Below are positions 53,625 through 60,963 of a stretch of 64,000 nt of DNA, one piece after another; positions within the stretch are counted from its first letter, which is position 1; each line of letters starts with the position of its first letter. The position numbers were made by a program, and so were the translations under genes. The notes under the pieces were generated by a model. That model saw only the letters and a list, made by a program, of their open reading frames with translations. It ran no database searches and had not been told where the DNA came from. The DNA comes from Minisyncoccota bacterium (GTDB taxonomy: Bacteria; Patescibacteriota; Minisyncoccia; UBA6257; HR35). Location: the NCBI GenBank assembly GCA_032249155.1, contig JAVVGJ010000001.1:10883-74882 (forward strand), read 5' to 3'.

Positions 53625-53633
53625 ATTATATCA
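53625..53633 (-). promoter_or_regulatory. extended -10 TGATATAAT, 10 nt upstream of the tRNA-Leu 5' end
   Basis: Minus strand reads TGATATAATaaaaataacaGGGCAGG. The TGA is also the stop codon of the last pilin-like gene. Confidence 0.5.
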
Positions 53634-53867
53634 TTCAAAAAACCTTCTTATCAAACTAGGTATAGTTAAAGAAAGAAAAATGACAATTATTCCTATAATC
53701 AAGGGTACTATTTTTGAATGAAATTCTTCTGCTCCTTTTTTACCTCCTAAAATGTATCTTAAACCAAAATAAAGAAGTAGAAAAACAAGTAAAAATAAGA
53801 TAAAGGTAAAAACTAATCTAAAAAAATTAGTAAAAACTTTTAAAACTTCTGGATGAATTAGCTCCAT
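53631..53867 (-). CDS. VirB2/TrbC-pilin-like two-TM protein, paralog 6 (minimal core, no signal peptide or Cys pair)
   Basis: 78 aa. TM1 FRLVFTFILFLLVFLLLYFGL, loop RYILGGKKGAEEFHSK, TM2 IVPLIIGIIVIFLSLTI. Confidence 0.5.
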   Translation of the reverse strand: MELIHPEVLKVFTNFFRLVFTFILFLLVFLLLYFGLRYILGGKKGAEEFHSKIVPLIIGIIVIFLSLTIPSLIRRFFE

Positions 53868-53868
53868 T

Positions 53869-54519
53869 TTATCTTAAGCTGAAGAAAAATCTTTCAATAA
53901 GTTTCACTACTGTAAAAGAAGAAAATGAAATTAAAATTCCTATAGCAATATAAATAAAGTTTTTATGAATTTCAGAAGATTTTTCTGGTTTAGCCATATA
54001 ATTAAAACCTGTCCAAATAAGCATAATAGCTGTAGCTAAAAAAGCAGCTTTATAAAGATAACTTAAAAATAAAAAAAGTAAATAAAAAAAACATACTGAC
54101 CAAGCATTTTGAGGAAGAGTAGAAGTTTCAAAAACAGAAGGAATCTCGATGCCTCCGCAAGTTATCTTTTCTGGTGGAGAAAAAGAAGGAAGCTCTTCTG
54201 CAAAAACAAAAATTGAATTAAAAGAAATTAAATGAGTAATAAGTAAAACTATCGCATAAGAAAGAAGTGCAACAACAAGTCCAACTGCACCCCATAAAAT
54301 TCTTTTATGAATCTCACTAGATTTTTCAGGTTTTGACATATAAAGAAAACCTGCCCAAGCGAACATTAAAGAAGCAAAAGAAACCGCCAAAATGCTTACA
54401 ATAGATAAAATTTGGCTAAAAATAGAAAAAACGCAAGTTAAAAAATATATATCTTTACATAAAATAGGAGGTAAATCAGGAAAGGTATTTGTGGCTATCT
54501 GAGCTAAAAATTCGAGCAT
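53869..54519 (-). CDS. VirB2/TrbC-pilin-like protein, paralog 5 (tandem fusion of two modules)
   Basis: 216 aa. Two copies of Cys-pair + TM1 + loop + TM2. The loops are nearly identical: YMSKPEKSSEIHKRILWGAVG and YMAKPEKSSEIHKNFIYIAIG. Confidence 0.55.
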   Translation of the reverse strand: MLEFLAQIATNTFPDLPPILCKDIYFLTCVFSIFSQILSIVSILAVSFASLMFAWAGFLYMSKPEKSSEIHKRILWGAVGLVVALLSYAIVLLITHLISFNSIFVFAEELPSFSPPEKITCGGIEIPSVFETSTLPQNAWSVCFFYLLFLFLSYLYKAAFLATAIMLIWTGFNYMAKPEKSSEIHKNFIYIAIGILISFSSFTVVKLIERFFFSLR

Positions 54520-54530
54520 TTAAAATTTTA

Positions 54531-54923
54531 TTATCTTGAAGATTCAAGAAGTTGTTTTATAAGAAAAGCAATTGCAAAAGAAAGAAGAGCAACAATTATT
54601 CCAACAATAGCAAAAACAATTTTACTTCTAGCTTTACCAACTTCTTCTGCTTTTTCTCCTGCTGTCATAAATGTCCATGCAGCTTGAAATATACTAAAAG
54701 CACCAACAGCAAGAGCTACAAAACCTAAAATGTAAAAAACTTTTTGAACTACACATAAAATTTTATCAGTTATGTCAGTTCTGCTTATACAATCAGATAT
54801 TATAGGAATTGTAGTTATAGGCTCTTGAGCGTAAGTTAAAAAAATTGGTGAAAGAGTTGAAAATAAAGCTAATCCAATAAGTAATTTATTAAATTTTCTC
54901 ATTTTTAATTTATTAAAATTCAT
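54531..54923 (-). CDS. VirB2/TrbC-pilin-like two-TM protein, paralog 4
   Basis: Signal peptide (the second ATG at 54902 gives MRKFNKLLIGLALF...). Cys pair (DCISRTDITDKILC). FQAAWTFMTAGEKAEEVGKARSKIVFAIVGIIVALLSF. Confidence 0.55.
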   Translation of the reverse strand: MNFNKLKMRKFNKLLIGLALFSTLSPIFLTYAQEPITTIPIISDCISRTDITDKILCVVQKVFYILGFVALAVGAFSIFQAAWTFMTAGEKAEEVGKARSKIVFAIVGIIVALLSFAIAFLIKQLLESSR

Positions 54924-54975
54924 TCGACCTTTTTATAAATTTTAACTAGAAAAAATAAAAAATCAAATAAAATTG

Positions 54976-55371
54976 TTAAAAACTTGGACCTCCAAAAATA
55001 AATCTAATTAAAGTAAAAACTCCTGAAATGACAAGCAAAACAACATAACCAACAACTGCATTTTTAATATATCTCCAGCCAATATCTCTTGCTTCTGGCT
55101 TAAAGGTAATAAGCAAAAACCAAAATCCTCCGATAATAATAAGAGCAGTTAGTAAAAAAGGAGCTAAATATAAAATAAAATTCCAAACTCTTTGTATAAA
55201 TTCCATTAAAGAAATAAATTCACAAGGTCCTTTACCAAATATACCAGGAGGGCAAGGATTTATTGTTGTTTCTGTCCAAGTAACAACAACTTCTCCTGGT
55301 TTTTCGATTTGTATCTGAGCAAAACCTAAATTGAAAATTAAAAATAAAATTAAAAATAAAAATTTTCTCAT
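54976..55371 (-). CDS. VirB2/TrbC-pilin-like two-TM protein, paralog 3
   Basis: Signal peptide; Cys pair (NPCPPGIFGKGPCE); IIIGGFWFLLITFKPEARDIGWRYIKNAVVGYVVLLVISG; C-terminus FIFGGPSF. Confidence 0.55.
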   Translation of the reverse strand: MRKFLFLILFLIFNLGFAQIQIEKPGEVVVTWTETTINPCPPGIFGKGPCEFISLMEFIQRVWNFILYLAPFLLTALIIIGGFWFLLITFKPEARDIGWRYIKNAVVGYVVLLVISGVFTLIRFIFGGPSF

Positions 55372-55826
55372 GGCCCAAAAATTATTCTTTCTATTTGATC
55401 TTTAATAAGATCTCCTAAAAGAACAATAACAATACCTACAGGAGTCCAAGTAAGTATTTTCCAAGCTGTAGCTACATTTTTCAAACCAAAAAACGGTGTG
55501 GTGATAAGATAGATAGCTGCTCCAAAAAAAGCAATAACCATCAAAATTATGGCAAAACTTTTAAGAAGCTCCAAAATATCAAAAATGCATTTAAAAATCT
55601 GTTCTGTTGCTGATTTAGCTCCTGTTCCGCATCTTAAACTAGAATAAATGGGCTCTTTAAAAAAATTTAAAATTGAATAAAAAGGATCTGATGTTTGATT
55701 TTCTTCGTTTGGCTCCTGAGAACCTATACCTTGATAAGGATCTTGAATTCCTGGAGGCGCAACACTAATTGAAAAAGCAATCTTTAAAGTAAAAATTATT
55801 AAAAAAAGAAAAATTAGTTTTTTCAT
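55368..55826 (-). CDS. VirB2/TrbC-pilin-like two-TM protein, paralog 2
   Basis: Signal peptide; Cys pair (RCGTGAKSATEQIFKC); two TM helices; C-terminus RIIFGP. Confidence 0.5.
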   Translation of the reverse strand: MKKLIFLFLIIFTLKIAFSISVAPPGIQDPYQGIGSQEPNEENQTSDPFYSILNFFKEPIYSSLRCGTGAKSATEQIFKCIFDILELLKSFAIILMVIAFFGAAIYLITTPFFGLKNVATAWKILTWTPVGIVIVLLGDLIKDQIERIIFGP

Positions 55827-55830
55827 TTTA

Positions 55831-56196
55831 CTAGTATTTTAATTTAGGACCGAAAAATTCTAAAACAAAATCAAAAATAACACCAACACTTAAAAGGAGA
55901 ATATAACCTATAATTGCTGTTTTAATCATATCTTTACCTCTTTTTTCTAAATCGGGTCTTGGGCCACCAAACATCCATAAAAAAGAACCAATAACCGAAA
56001 CTAAGACAGAAAACCAAAAACCAATAAAAACCGCAAAAGAAAGAAGTCTTCTAATATTTAAAAAAATTTCTTCTAAACTGCAAGGGTCATTCTGACAATA
56101 AACAATCCCTTTAGAAAAATCTTCGTTTTGGAGAAAAGCTAATTTTGGCAAAGAAAGAATGGAAAAAATAAATAAAAATAAAATTATTTTTTTCAT
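55831..56196 (-). CDS. VirB2/TrbC-pilin-like two-TM protein, paralog 1
   Basis: Signal peptide MKKIILFLFIFSILSLPKLAFL; Cys pair (YCQNDPCS); VIGSFLWMFGGPRPDLEKRGKDMIKTAIIGYILLLSVG; C-terminus FFGPKLKY. Confidence 0.55.
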   Translation of the reverse strand: MKKIILFLFIFSILSLPKLAFLQNEDFSKGIVYCQNDPCSLEEIFLNIRRLLSFAVFIGFWFSVLVSVIGSFLWMFGGPRPDLEKRGKDMIKTAIIGYILLLSVGVIFDFVLEFFGPKLKY

Positions 56197-57381
56197 TTAA
56201 AATTTCAAATTAAGTAAAGATAAGGCTCTTCGCCCTTCCTCTTTATTATTTTCCCAAATATTTAAAATTTTTTCAAAATCATTATAATTTTCCTGAGAAA
56301 TAATTTCTAAGTAAGAAGAGCCAAAACTTGCTCCTTTAATAAAGGCCTCTTTTTCTTCTGATAAGTTCTGAAGAGTGAAATTAGGTATAAGATCAAATTT
56401 TTCTATAAAATTTTCATAATTTTTTTCGCTAAAAAGCCAACTTAGAAAATAAAAGGAGATATCCTTTTTTTGTGAAGCTTTAGGTAAAGTAAAATAAAAA
56501 ACTTTCACAAAATTTTTAGATGAAGGAGGAAATGTTTCTATAGGATTTTGAGAAACTTCGTAGTCTATTTTAGGATTTAATTTAAGAATTTTTTTAAGAT
56601 CTTCATAGAAAACAAAAGCTGAGGCTGATTTAATTGAAGAAAAAAGACTGATTTCATCTTTTCCTAAATTTCTTGCTAAAGCAAAATTTGAAGAATTTTC
56701 ATCACTATAACTAAAGTAAGTATCTATAGCTTCTTGAATAGACGATTTCTTTAAAGACTTTAAAACTAAAATAATTTCTTTTTTGTTTTTGATTTCTTTT
56801 GTTCCTAAAGAAACTAAATAAAAATCTTTATAACCCTTATCTTTAAAATCTTTTAAAAGATCATTTAATTCTTCTAACGTTTTAGGGGGATTATAATTTA
56901 AAAACTGAAAAACTTTTTTATTATAAACAAAAAGAAGTGAATCAATATTTACAGGAATGCCGTAAGAATCAATCTCTTCTTTGAAAAATTTTTTAGAAAG
57001 TTTAAGTTTTTTATCTAAGCCTTCTTCTAAATATTTTTTATTTCTAAAAACAAAAAAGTTAGGAGCATAAATAATATCCGGAGGGTTATTTTCAGCCAAA
57101 GAATAAATAAATCTTTTTTCTAAATCATCAAATTTTATTTCTTCATAAACTATTTTGAGGCAGTATTTAGAAGCAAAAGAAGAAATAAAACTTAAAAAAT
57201 CATCTCTATCAAAAGGAGCCCAAATTTTTAAATCAGTATTAAAGCAAGTTTTTGGTTTTTTTTCTCCAGATGGCTTTAAAAAAATATAACCTATAAAAAG
57301 AGTAAGAGCAGTAAGTAAAATAAGCTGAATCTTTATATCCGTTAAAATTTTATTTTTTATTTCTTCTAAATCAAATCTCAT
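56197..57381 (-). CDS. membrane-anchored periplasmic-binding-protein-like protein (MalE/SBP family 1-like), orphan
   Basis: N-terminal TM, then LKIWAPFD...LAENNPPDIIYAPN...GIPVNIDSLLFVYNKKVF...PPKTLEEL. No ABC permease or ATPase nearby. Confidence 0.5.
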   Translation of the reverse strand: MRFDLEEIKNKILTDIKIQLILLTALTLFIGYIFLKPSGEKKPKTCFNTDLKIWAPFDRDDFLSFISSFASKYCLKIVYEEIKFDDLEKRFIYSLAENNPPDIIYAPNFFVFRNKKYLEEGLDKKLKLSKKFFKEEIDSYGIPVNIDSLLFVYNKKVFQFLNYNPPKTLEELNDLLKDFKDKGYKDFYLVSLGTKEIKNKKEIILVLKSLKKSSIQEAIDTYFSYSDENSSNFALARNLGKDEISLFSSIKSASAFVFYEDLKKILKLNPKIDYEVSQNPIETFPPSSKNFVKVFYFTLPKASQKKDISFYFLSWLFSEKNYENFIEKFDLIPNFTLQNLSEEKEAFIKGASFGSSYLEIISQENYNDFEKILNIWENNKEEGRRALSLLNLKF

Positions 57382-57899
57382 TTTTGAAAAACTAAAAGAT
57401 AAAAACCTGGATATTCTTTTCTTTCTAATATTTTAAAACCTATTTCAGTACAAATTTTTTCAATTTCTTCTTGAGAATGTACCTTTTGACCAGAAAATAA
57501 AAAGTTTGAAGCTTGAGGTTCATAAACTATTAAAAAACCACTATTTTTTATAACTCTAAAAGCCTCTTTAATTATCTTTTGCGGCTCTTTTGATTGATAG
57601 AGAACTTGAGAAATAAAAACAAAATCAACTTGATTATTAGCTAAACCTGAGTTTTTTTCTAAATCTTGTCTTAAAAATCTTATATTCTTTACTCCTAAAT
57701 TATTAGCAAATTCTTGTGCTGATTTTAGTTCGTCTTCTAAAATATCTATAGCATAAATTGTTCCTGAAGGTAAAACGCTTTGCGCTAAAAGAACCGAAAA
57801 ATAGCCGCTACCACATCCAAAATCAGCACCATTCATATTAGTCGTGATATACTTTTTATCTTTTAAATATTTAACAATTTCTCCTGGTTTAGTAAACAT
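57378..57899 (-). CDS. class I SAM-dependent methyltransferase
   Basis: Motif I ADFGCGSGYFSVLLA; 173 aa. Confidence 0.8.
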   Translation of the reverse strand: MFTKPGEIVKYLKDKKYITTNMNGADFGCGSGYFSVLLAQSVLPSGTIYAIDILEDELKSAQEFANNLGVKNIRFLRQDLEKNSGLANNQVDFVFISQVLYQSKEPQKIIKEAFRVIKNSGFLIVYEPQASNFLFSGQKVHSQEEIEKICTEIGFKILERKEYPGFYLLVFQK

Positions 57900-60221
57900 T
57901 TAAAAAAGAAAAACAGATTTAATCTCATTTACACCTTGAATTTTTTTAGGAGCATTTACTCTTTTAACCAAAGGAATTTCTTTAAGGTTTATTTTTTTTA
58001 CTGTTTCATCGTTTAAAAGAACTTCTTTTTCTTCTTTTATCACTTGAGTGAAAAGAGGAAAGCCGTATTTATCTTTTTCAAAAATAGAAATTCCCTTGCC
58101 ACCTCTTTGCTGCGTTTTTATATCCTTTATCTCAAAAAATTTGACAAACCCCTTACTGAAAAATAAAATAAGCTTTTCTCCATCTTTAACTCCGCTAAAA
58201 AGAACTTCACCTTTTACTCCTTTTACTCCTTTAGCTTGTCTTTTTTGGATCGGCAAATTATCTTTAAAAATCAAAATATTCCCTTCGGAAGTGATGACAA
58301 AAATTTCTTCGCCTCCTTTAATTTCAAAAGCAGAAATAACTTCATCATTGGCCTCTAATTTTATTCCTAAAACACCAACTTTTCGGTTCGAGAATACTTC
58401 TTCTTTTTCTAGTTTTTTAACTAAACCTTTTTTAGTGAACAAAATTAAATTTTTATGTCTTGAAGGAAAAACAGAAACTATTCTATCACCGCTTTCCAAA
58501 GTTATAAAAGATTCTAAATATTTTTGATCTTTATGATAAAGCTCATAGGCATTGAGAAAGTAAATTTTTCCTTTTGAAGTGGCTATTAAAAGATAATCTT
58601 TAGTATTTAAAAGAAAAACTTTTTTAGGAAAGATTTTATTTTTAATAAGCCTTTCAAGATCTAATTTAGTTTCTTCAAAAGTAAAGATTTGATTTTTATC
58701 AGAAATTAAAAGAAAGAAAGTTTTTTCTTCGATAATTTTCTTCTCTTCTTTAATTTCTTCATAAACAATTTTGGTTATCCTTTCTGACTTATACTTATTT
58801 ATGATTTCATCAGCTTCTTTAATAATAATTTCATCAATTTTTTTAGGGCTTTTTAAAATGAGTTCTAACTCTTGAATAAGACTTCTTCTTTCTTTAAGTT
58901 CTTCCAAAATTTTATGTCTTTCCATTTGGGTTAAAGTTCGAAGTGGCATTTCTAAGATAGCATCAGCTTGTTTTTCCGAAAGTTTAAATTTCTTCATTAA
59001 GTTTTCTAAGGCTTCTTTTTTATCTTTAGACTTTTTAATAGTTTCAATGACTCTATCTAAGTTTTCTAAGGCTTTATCAAAACCTTCTAAAAGATGTACT
59101 CTTTCTTTATTTTTCTCTAAATCAAATTTTGTTCTTCTTTTAATAACTTCCCTTCTATGATTTATCCAAGTAAGAAGAAGTTCTTTTAAATCAAATGTTT
59201 TAGGTTGGATTCCGTTTTCTAAAGCAATAAAGTTGAAATAGAAAGTTTTTTGAAGAGAAGTAAGCCTATAAAGATCCCTTTTGATTTTTTCTATATCAGC
59301 TTCTGGTTTAATTTCAATAACAACTCTAATTCCTTCCTTGTTTGATTCATCTCTTACATCTTTAATTTCTGGAATTATTTTTTCTAAGGCAAGATTAGCT
59401 ATTTCTTTGACAAGCTCTGCTTTGCTTGTTTGCCAGGGGATTGATTTAATAACTAAAAATTCTTTTCCTCTTTTAGTTTCTTCAACTTCTATTTCTCCTC
59501 TTATAATAATCCCTCCTCTTCCTTCACTGTAAGCTTTTTCTAATTTTTCTCCTGCATAAACAATTCCTCCCGTAGGAAAATCTGGTCCTTTAATTATTTT
59601 TAAAAGTTCTTTAACCGTTATTTTTTCATTTTTAATAATTTCTTTAACTGCTTGCATCACTTCAGTTAAATTATGGGGAGGAATATTTGTAGCCATACCA
59701 ACAGCAATTCCCATTGAACCATTAACAATTAAGTTAGGTATTTTAGCTGGCAAAACAACTGGTTCCTCGCGAGTATTATCATAATTTGGTCTAAAATCAA
59801 CAGTTTCTTTATCAATATCAGCAAGCATTTCAACTGCAAATTGAGAGAGTTTAGTTTCCGTATATCTATAAGCAGCTGGCGGGTCCCCATCTATAGAACC
59901 AAAATTTCCTTGACCAATTAAAAGAGGATATCTTAGAGAAAAATCTTGAGCCATTCTTACTAGAGCATCATAAACTGCTTGATCTCCATGAGGATGATAA
60001 CGAGCAATAGTAGTTCCAACAACATTAGCACATTTAGTAAATTTTTCATTTGGCCATAAACCTAATTCTTTCATTACATACAAAATCCTCCTTTGAACAG
60101 GTTTAAGACCATCTCTAGCATCAGGTAAAGCACGAGAAATAATAACTGAAAGAGCATAATCTAAATAGGCCCTCTTAAGTTCTGAAGTTATTTCTTGAGC
60201 TATTATTCTTAAGTTTTTCAT
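57900..60221 (-). CDS. gyrA: DNA gyrase subunit A
   Basis: ARYHPHGD, catalytic AAYRYTE, a C-terminal beta-pinwheel region and a QQRGGKG box near the C-terminus. Confidence 0.95.
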   Translation of the reverse strand: MKNLRIIAQEITSELKRAYLDYALSVIISRALPDARDGLKPVQRRILYVMKELGLWPNEKFTKCANVVGTTIARYHPHGDQAVYDALVRMAQDFSLRYPLLIGQGNFGSIDGDPPAAYRYTETKLSQFAVEMLADIDKETVDFRPNYDNTREEPVVLPAKIPNLIVNGSMGIAVGMATNIPPHNLTEVMQAVKEIIKNEKITVKELLKIIKGPDFPTGGIVYAGEKLEKAYSEGRGGIIIRGEIEVEETKRGKEFLVIKSIPWQTSKAELVKEIANLALEKIIPEIKDVRDESNKEGIRVVIEIKPEADIEKIKRDLYRLTSLQKTFYFNFIALENGIQPKTFDLKELLLTWINHRREVIKRRTKFDLEKNKERVHLLEGFDKALENLDRVIETIKKSKDKKEALENLMKKFKLSEKQADAILEMPLRTLTQMERHKILEELKERRSLIQELELILKSPKKIDEIIIKEADEIINKYKSERITKIVYEEIKEEKKIIEEKTFFLLISDKNQIFTFEETKLDLERLIKNKIFPKKVFLLNTKDYLLIATSKGKIYFLNAYELYHKDQKYLESFITLESGDRIVSVFPSRHKNLILFTKKGLVKKLEKEEVFSNRKVGVLGIKLEANDEVISAFEIKGGEEIFVITSEGNILIFKDNLPIQKRQAKGVKGVKGEVLFSGVKDGEKLILFFSKGFVKFFEIKDIKTQQRGGKGISIFEKDKYGFPLFTQVIKEEKEVLLNDETVKKINLKEIPLVKRVNAPKKIQGVNEIKSVFLF

Positions 60222-60427
60222 TACCTACCCAAAAAATCTGCTAAAGAATTCAAAATAAAAGCTGTACCTGCTTGGAAGTTTCTAAAAATAAAAGCTGTGG
60301 CCTTAACTGAAGGAGGCGGTTCTTTTTTAAGTCCGTAAATAATTGAGCCACCGCTAAACCACCAGAAAAAAAGAAGAATTGCCATCACTCCTAAAGTAAA
60401 AATTAATGGTTTAATTTTTTTAACCAT
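60221..60427 (-). CDS. hypothetical small membrane protein (68 aa)
   Basis: ORF with one clear TM ([17 protein letters not shown]). TAATG-coupled on both sides. Confidence 0.4.
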   Translation of the reverse strand: MVKKIKPLIFTLGVMAILLFFWWFSGGSIIYGLKKEPPPSVKATAFIFRNFQAGTAFILNSLADFLGR

Positions 60428-60915
60428 TATTCTAAAATGTAAATTTGTTTTTCCGACCTTTTTAAATTTATTTTAAAACTTTTTCCTTTGTTTTTAGAAA
60501 AGTTAGAAAGATTAATGGGTATTTTAGTAATTAAAACATCAGGATTAAATTTTTTAAAGATATCTTCAAATTTAAATTTTTCAAAAAAACATAGAGCTTC
60601 GATTTTTTGAGTTATCTCTTTAATTTTTTTAATGTTTTCTTCTGAAATATATGAATTGGTAAAAAGCAAAAAACCTTCTTCTGTTTCAAAAAGATGGCTT
60701 AAACTATCATTTTCATTTAAAAAAGAATAAATAAAAACGTTGCCTACATTGTACTCACCAGGAAAAGCAAAAATTTTATCAAAGTTTTTCTCCTTGATAA
60801 GTTTAGAAGAAATTATTGTATAATTTTCTTTAGCCCTAAACTCTTTAGGGTCAAGTAAAAAACTTGTTCCATTAAATTCTAAAATAGTACCTAAATTTTC
60901 TTTTTTGATAACCAT
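60427..60915 (-). CDS. hypothetical protein (162 aa), possibly a degenerate MBL-fold remnant
   Basis: LEFNGTSFLLDP...FPGEYNVGNVFIY resembles the ends of small MBL-fold hydrolases, but no HxHxDH motif is present. Confidence 0.45.
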   Translation of the reverse strand: MVIKKENLGTILEFNGTSFLLDPKEFRAKENYTIISSKLIKEKNFDKIFAFPGEYNVGNVFIYSFLNENDSLSHLFETEEGFLLFTNSYISEENIKKIKEITQKIEALCFFEKFKFEDIFKKFNPDVLITKIPINLSNFSKNKGKSFKINLKRSEKQIYILE

Positions 60916-60922
60916 ATTTTTT

Positions 60923-60931
60923 ATTTTAACA
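60923..60931 (-). promoter_or_regulatory. extended -10 TGTTAAAAT, 7 nt upstream of ATG 60915 (leaderless geometry)
   Basis: Minus strand reads TGTTAAAATaaaaaatATG. Confidence 0.45.
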
Positions 60932-60963
60932 CAAAAATTGAGGTAAAATATTAATTAGCAAAA

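Noticed and set aside
53374-53721. 115-aa plus-strand ORF from the track.
   Set aside because: It is the antisense read-through of three minus-strand tRNA genes (Ser, Glu, Leu), and its GC-rich codons come from tRNA stems. It is not a gene.
54926-54930. AGGTC box interpreted as a Shine-Dalgarno sequence.
   Set aside because: The spacing to the start codon is 24-34 nt, far beyond SD range. The sequence is not complementary to the CCUCC core. It is retained as an unexplained motif instead.
60427-60915. Calling the 162-aa protein an MBL-fold metallo-hydrolase.
   Set aside because: Only weak end-to-end resemblance, and the HxHxDH metal motif is absent. It is left as hypothetical.
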